Part shown: one piece after another, positions 56,451-64,000 of the stretch | Layout: each line of letters begins with the position of its first letter | Numbering within the stretch: position 1 is the stretch's first letter | Assembly (NCBI RefSeq): GCF_009914755.1 | Contig: NC_060926.1 | From: the human T2T-CHM13v2.0 reference genome, Homo sapiens | Reading direction: 5' to 3' (one strand) | Length of the DNA stretch: 64,000 bases | The notes under the pieces: model-generated | Told to the model about the DNA's origin: nothing | Databases searched by the model: none | What the model saw: the letters and a program-made list of their open reading frames with translations, nothing else | Position numbers and translations under genes: made by a program

Positions 56451-59400
56451 GGTTGCCATGCTCTCTGACTACACTGCTCTTCCTGAAGTGACCGGTGCAG
56501 TGCCACCCCCACCGGCCTTGATGTTGAATCTGGAACATCTGGTCACTGTGTCACCTCATCAGGACCTCAAAGAATTCCCGACAAAAGCTTTCATGTTCCC
56601 GGCTGAGGGTCTTGCTTTCCTGTGCTTCAAGGTTACAATTCTTGGAACTGATTGCTGGGAATTTCAGGAAAGTGAGGGTTCCCATTTTCCAAGTTTTCCC
56701 ACCTCCTTTCTGTCATGACACACAGACAGACGGAGGCCACATCCATCTCTGTCAGTCCAGGCAGACTTTGCCTTCAGGTCTCACATAGCAAAGGAAGAGG
56801 CATCAGCCTAGCCTTGGGTCTTGCCACTCAGATGGGAAGCCCTTTCTGTAAGAGGATTCCTTTAAGATGTGGCACAAAGAACATTTATACTGCACTTGGA
56901 CAGGAAGGCCCCCAAGTGCATGAAAGCACTTTACAGTGTTCATCTCCTCTCCCTGGCACAGGTGTAGCAGAGGTGAGACCCAGTTCTGGTCACTCTGGCT
57001 GTTAGCTTTGCTTTTAGCTTTGCCCTGGGCCTGGTGTGTTGGTGATGAATTGCAGATAATACCACCAACCACATAGGGCTGTTTTGCAAACTAAGTTGAC
57101 ATTTTAAGCAGTTTGGTTAAACAAACCAACTTTGAGTATGGGCTCTGCCACCTCCTAAGGGAGTCATTTTGGGTAAGTTACTGGCTCCCTCTGATCTTTA
57201 TTTCACCATTGTGAGATGGGATGAAGCTATTATCTGCCTCACTGGGCCATTGCTGAGTATGTGGAAGTGCTTTTTTTTTTTTTTTTAAGACAAAATATGC
57301 TAGTAGATTTTCAATAAATGTTAGGTTCTATTCTCAATATTATGGAAAGATGCACTTCTTGAATTTGGGGAAGAAACAAAGGAGATTGTATTTTATGCCA
57401 AAGTCATAAGCGCTGACGCATATCAAACCACAAATATTTCTATCATCCAGGCTGTGGGGGGATCAACATGTCACCCCATCATGTGACAGTTAGATAAAGG
57501 ATATGAAAGTCCTGCCTAGAGTGGACACTATAATTTTGTAAGCTTTTCTTTAAGAGGGTCTCTGACTTTTCAGTCTTCTGTGTTTGTTTTGTCATTTAAG
57601 TTCATGTGCTGCAACGGATTTAAAGTAGACACTACTTCCCTCTGCCCTGCCCGGCAGTTACACATGAGAATTTTTCAGTTTGAACTAAATACAAGGAATA
57701 TTAAGTTAGACTTAAAGAAATAGCCCCCAACTTGCAACAAGTGGGGCAGTAAATAAAGGGAGCCCTTTTCTACAGGGGCTGAATGGGAGAGGAGAGCTAA
57801 AGGAGTTTGGGAGGTGAAAGCAACTGTAATGATTTATCATCAGGGAAGACTTATTTACCCATGGAAGGAATACTTTAAAATCTACCTTTCTCATAATAAG
57901 GTATGCTCATATGCACAGCACAACTTAAATACAAGTATTTATGTAGTTTTGCAAGGAGCTTGCAAGGTTAGAAACACACACACACACACACATTTGAACT
58001 ATGTTCAGTAACACTACCTATGCAGTCTTTGAAAAACTACTATAGATCATCTGGCTAGGGAACTGTGAGTCTCATCTGTACCCACATGATCCCAAAGAGG
58101 AGGGGCCCTGTAGAAACAAGAACCAACCAACAAAAAGCAGTGACAACAGGCACCATGACAACAAAAGGAGTTTTAAAGTGCATCTTCAAATAGCACACAA
58201 TTTTCCAATTTAAATAGTTTGGAATGAATCAAAGGGAAAAAAGCATTAATTAGATACAACTGAATTTCTCAAAAGTATATTAACACAGCCTACAAATAAA
58301 TCCTCAAATGTACCACTCTCAACAAATCTTGTATTGACTGACATTCTCTGTCAACTAGAGAGGATGCAGGCAGGAAAATGAATGAAATTTCCATTCTTCA
58401 GTGTTTACCTGATGTCTCAGGTTGTTTGCTTTGGGGGAGTGGCTGTTTGCAGGGCTATGGGAATTTGTGAAACACTTTGCTAGTGAAGCCAGCTGAGGCC
58501 TTCGGGACCAAATCGCCAAATGAATGACAGAGGATCCTTGCAGTAGCTTTGTCTGTCTGCAGAGCGGACTCCTGTGAGTGTTCATCACATTTAAAGAAGT
58601 AACATGCCGGGAGAACGGAAAAGGGTGCTAATGATTTACAAGCGAAGATAAGATATTATTAGGAGTACGAGGTCAATCAGATAAAGATACCATACACACA
58701 ACTTGGACTTGGGCCCATTCTTTAATTTATTCTGAAAGGAAGAGGAGGAGGAAAGGATGGGGCCTGAGAGTGTTAGCAATTGGCTTCCCGCAAGCTGCCT
58801 GTTTTAACACTCCTTGTGATTTATTTCAATCTCATCTTTTACAAAGGTACGGCAATTTGTTCCATTTTCCTGCTTCCTTCTCCTCTTCCTCCTTCTTCTA
58901 AGATGGCAGAGAGAAACTTTCTTACAGGTCCCAGCAACACTGCCGTATAGCTTAGAAGACTGGAGATATTTATTCTCAATGTCCTCAGTTTACTTTGCAA
59001 CTGGAGCATTATTTGAAAGACGGCCTGCCAGCATTCAACTGAACAGACACAAATGCAGGTATGAATAGTGAGGGGAGAGAGTGGTTTGAAGGCTGGGGTT
59101 GCTGTCAGGTCTGATGAACCCTCCAGCACTCGCCATCATCGGCTACAATGTTGAGGAGACTCCATCACAACCTCAGATCAAAAGTGTTTCTTTGTTCCTC
59201 CAAACCTTCCAAAGCACTTTATGGACCTTGTATTTGGACAACACCTCCATGAAGCTTGGAAGCCAATAAGTCACATCTTCATTGAACAATTCATGAAATT
59301 ACAGGGCAGACGTGAAATATGACCTTCGAGGGAAAAGCTGGCGGTGGAGCCCAGAACTTCATTTTGCTGGGATGGTTCCCTGCCGTTATTCTCCTTTCTC

Positions 59401-61264
59401 ACGAAAGGATCCTGCAGTCAATTTACGGCATTTGTAAATAAAGGCGGCTGTGTCAGCCTCCTGCCTGGAGAAAGGAAGGCAGCACCTTGAATGCTGAGAG
59501 TGTATCTCAGGCTTACTCTATACTTCCATTACAATATCTCAGAAGTTATAACAGATGAAGATGGGGCGAGGTGGTCAAGGTAAGACCGGGGTCAGCAGGG
59601 CAATGGCGTGTGAGGAGTTTCTCATTAGAAAACACAAATGGGGATTTGGATTGGTTGTTTTTCTTGTCTCAGAAATCTTCTTCAGAATGACCTCCCCACC
59701 CCTGCTTTGTCTTTGAAAGTTTTGCCATGTTTGAATTGGCATACTTACACATTGTAATGATTTTTCTTTCATCAATTAAAAACAAAGCTATTTTTTGGCC
59801 AAGTGTCTCCTGAAGCAAAGTTAAGAAACAGAATAAGAAGGTTTTGAGTCACGCACAAGACTGAAAATTAGCTAATAAAAACCCTTTTCCCCCCATTTCC
59901 TCAAAACTCAGTTCTCAGAAAAACAATTCTGGATGCACCCTGTTTACCAGCAAGGTTAAAAGTTCAAGAAAAGAAAGACATCACAATATTTACACTCAGG
60001 CAAATCACTGTTCATCTACCGCGTCTGACCCTGCAGATTTGGGAGCGGGCCGCTGTCCTGCCTGTCAAAGGGAGAGGAAGCAGTGTCTGTCTGGCTGGCC
60101 CTATATTTGCTCCTGTTGTCTCACTCTCTGCCACCAGTTTTGTTTTTTGTTGTTTGTTTGTTTTTGTTTATTTGTTTTTTCTAAGACTGCCGGCATCCCT
60201 TCTTTCTAGATCGTCTTGTCTTTCTTTTGATATTTTATTTTCATGGATAAGATCGCTAGGACCCCATCAGAGTATTTTTCTGATGGCACGATGCTACTAC
60301 TTTCTGATATATTTATTTCATTCTCAATATTTGAATCTATGAAATAAAATAATAGTGATAATAGCCACCATTTATTGGGTTTGTGCTTTGTGCCACGCAT
60401 CATGCTGAGTGGGTTTGCACATTATTGCAAAGATCCCTCTGTGCTGCTGGGGTAGGTGTCATTCTCCCAGTTTATGGGTTTGGAAACCAAGGCTCAAAGA
60501 GCTCCAACAACTAGCAGGAGGCTAAGCAGACCAGACCTGGGCACTTCTCCACTTCCTTGGCCTTCCAAGAGGGGCCCCAGCACTGGTCTTCAGTCTTCAG
60601 ACCTAGGTCATTCTTGCCTCAGGGAGAGACAGATCAAGGAAAGTCAGGTGGTTGTTAGCTAACAAGAGCAACGTTCTTCCAGAAGGGCAACAGGTGAGGG
60701 CCAGGGCTGAGGGCCATGCGGGCAGTGGGCAGGGAGCTCCTGCTTCTGGAGGCCAGGTGGGCCACCCCTCCACCCATCAGCATCTTGCAGCCAGGCAGAT
60801 CCCTGTGGAGGCCCGACAGTGACAGAAGGAAAAGCCCCCAGCAGCCTGGAATTGGCCTCACTGAGAGTGTCTCCAGGGAGAAACATACTGGGGATGCCAG
60901 CAGCCCAGAAGGCTGAAGAGGGAGCTCATCACTTCTCCATCATAGTCACTGCACACAAAAGTTGGAGCCAGAAGCATCCACAAGTGCCCCTATCCAAGCA
61001 GGGCAGGAGGAAGGAAATCCATTCAGTGATTCCTCCCTCCCAAGGCCTGACTATGCAGTAGGAGCTAGCTGGGCTAGAGAGACACAGCCAGGGCCCATCC
61101 TCAACAGTCAGGGTGCTGGGTGGATCTGGTCTATGCTTGCTGCCTGTGGGCCTGAGGCCCCGTCCCACACAGCAACACCATTGCACCCAGTGGCTTCCCA
61201 GTGCAGCCATAGTGGATGCCCAGGGACAGACAAGGGTGAGACCCTCCTCCCCACCAGCTCCCAA

Positions 61265-61945
61265 GGCACAGACATACCGCAAACATACATACTGCATACA
61301 CACAGAGGCTTATCCTGTGGTGGTGCCATGTGGAGCCATGCTTGAGTCTGCAGTGGGTCTGGGAACAACCACAAACAAGCTCAGGAAGCACACATGGCAT
61401 CACATGTCACCTATAGCCACTCCACACACCAACACACATGCACACAGGTACCAGCATATACCCACCGCACACACCCACACACATCACAAACACCTCACTC
61501 CATATGCAACATATGCAACCCACCCCCAGCCACACACAATGCACATGTACCACAAACATACATACTGCATACACACACGTGCTACAGAACCCTACTCTCA
61601 TACTGCACACGTCATACCCACATCCAGCCACATCACATACTACATCCATGCACACATCCACTAAGACACCCACACTTATATCCGCCCATGCATTCCCGCA
61701 CACCATACCACACCACACATGCAAACACACAGGCATGTATGCACAAGCATACACACATACCATAGATGTGCACTCACAGATGCACGCAACCACCCCACGT
61801 GCATACAGGCACCCATGCACCAGACACCCCGTGTCCTCTTCTGCACCCACACCTGTGTCACACATGCAGGTACACAGAACCCATATGACCATGTCTCACA
61901 CCCATACCCACACACCCCGAACACACACATGCTTGAGTGCACACT
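61265..61945. repeat. Degenerate CA/CAT-rich low-complexity tract
   Basis: About 650 bp of CACA/CATA variants; explains the His/Thr- and Val/Cys-rich ORFs here. Confidence 0.9.
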
Positions 61946-62636
61946 TTTGTTCTCACCCCCCCATGGCTGACTCTGCTTCTAGTAAGGCAGCCTTTCCAGA
62001 ACTGTCGAGGAACTGCCAAACACCCTTTCTTTTAGAGATGACCGTGTGTTGAGGAGTCAGTGTTTGTAAAGCAACTTCTTGGGGAAATATAATAGCAGAT
62101 ATAAGGTAATATAAGTGAGGGTATCCAAGCCAGATAGGAATCATCAAGCAAGGGCACGCTCGAGAGTGAAAGGCGGAGCTGAAAGGAATTATGAACTCAT
62201 TTCTAATAGGCATGGACAGGACCACCTTGAGTGAACTTGGGTACATGGTCACCTCGCCTACAGGGACTAGGGACAATGCTTACAGAATCAGTGTGTCTGC
62301 TGCCTATCAACCCTCTCGGATATAAAATAATGGGATAGGAGTTGGTGGCGAGGGCTGGAGGTAGAAGAGTCGTAGTTTTTGATGGTATATTTTCCTGATT
62401 TGTGCATTCCCTTCTCAGATTCCCTTCTGGCAGGTGGAACTCATTTCTCACTAATGTCCTTGCTGCATGTTGGTGATTCTCAAATGTTCCATCCCCCGCT
62501 CCATCCCCCTGGAGTCCTGCCTGGGGGCCCAGGAGTCCCTGTCTGATGTTTCCACCCTCTGACCAGTGCCTCTGAAGAATAAAGACCGAATTCACTCCTC
62601 TAGCAGGTACTCGGCACCTAGCTGAGGCGAGCATAA

Positions 62637-63058
<422 letters not shown>

Positions 63059-64000
63059 CAACATCACTTTTGAGTAGTGGACAGTTTTCAGAGAACAACA
63101 TCCACCCTCATCCCAGCCCATGTGGATCCTCACACAGCCCTGGCGGGAGGCAGGGCCAATGGAAGCCACCAGTGTCCCCTTCTGAGGAGACTCCAGTGGG
63201 GTCTGCAGCAGGAACGGATGCCAAGCGCTCAGCACCCATCAGTCAACTTCCAGTCGCCCTGTTTTCAGCCATTGTCTGGTGTCACCCTTCCCAACTGTTG
63301 CTTACCATTCACAGTCCTTTTTAAGGAAGAATGACATTTGATTTTACACACCTACAAAATACAAAATGGCAGCATAATAGAGGGATAGGGAGAAGCTCAC
63401 TGCTCTGGACTTAAATATGGGATGCAGCATCACATGACCAGTTTTGTGATATGGGAAAAATTGATTGTCCTCACTAAAACTCAGTTTTCTTAACTGAAAC
63501 AAAGGGGTGATCACCTTGCCTCTGGGGCCTGCTATGCGCACTGGAAAATAACATTGTAAACCACCAAAAATGTCTCCAGAGAAAGCTAGAACCTTAGATG
63601 GTAGCTGGGATGATTATAAAGGTGCATATGTATTAATCCATCTATGTAGACAATCATCACTGAACACACTAAGTACCCTAGACCTGAGTAGAGTGAGGCT
63701 GAGGTTCATGCGGGAGTGAGGGAGAGGGAACTGAAATCTACCCCATTCCAGCATGGGCACTCAGGACAGCTTTCAAGGTCCTGCTAAGTCACGTAAAGCA
63801 TGAAACAGACCATGATTCCAGCAACAAGAGCATCATGAGGGGTAGGTGGATCTCTAAACGGTAATCCAGGTCTTGCATTGGAGACAGCAGTCCTCCCTAA
63901 ACACCTGTGAGGCAAAGCCAGCTATTCCTTCCCATGGACTCTCTTCTACTTGCTTCTACTACATAAAAGCAAATATGACTCAAAAGTACTTTAGTTTTAA

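Noticed and set aside
61113-62052. Long His/Thr- and Val/Cys-rich ORFs
   Set aside because: They are products of a stop-poor CA/TG low-complexity tract.

Overview
This is primate, almost certainly human, genomic DNA: repeat-rich (Alu, L1, MaLR LTR, MIR, L2, DNA transposons) with no intact protein-coding gene. The main landmark is a full-length processed pseudogene of PAFAH1B1/LIS1 (+, 23217-24924; poly(A), target-site duplication (TSD), early stop and several frameshifts) inserted in an old L1. From memory, such retrocopies lie in the 2p11.2/2q13 segmental duplication, so this is probably intronic sequence of the lncRNA MIR4435-2HG or its CYTOR-region paralogue; I cannot verify this here. A small CpG island sits at about 6.0-6.7 kb next to a candidate minus-strand lncRNA exon. 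The most unusual object is a TSD-flanked chimeric retroinsertion at 1299-1995 that joins a degenerate C2H2 zinc-finger fragment to an L1PA 3' end. I find no support for a new multi-gene system. Apart from the LIS1 fragments, the ORF track looks like repeat-derived or chance ORFs. Repeat boundaries and subfamilies were assigned by eye and are approximate.
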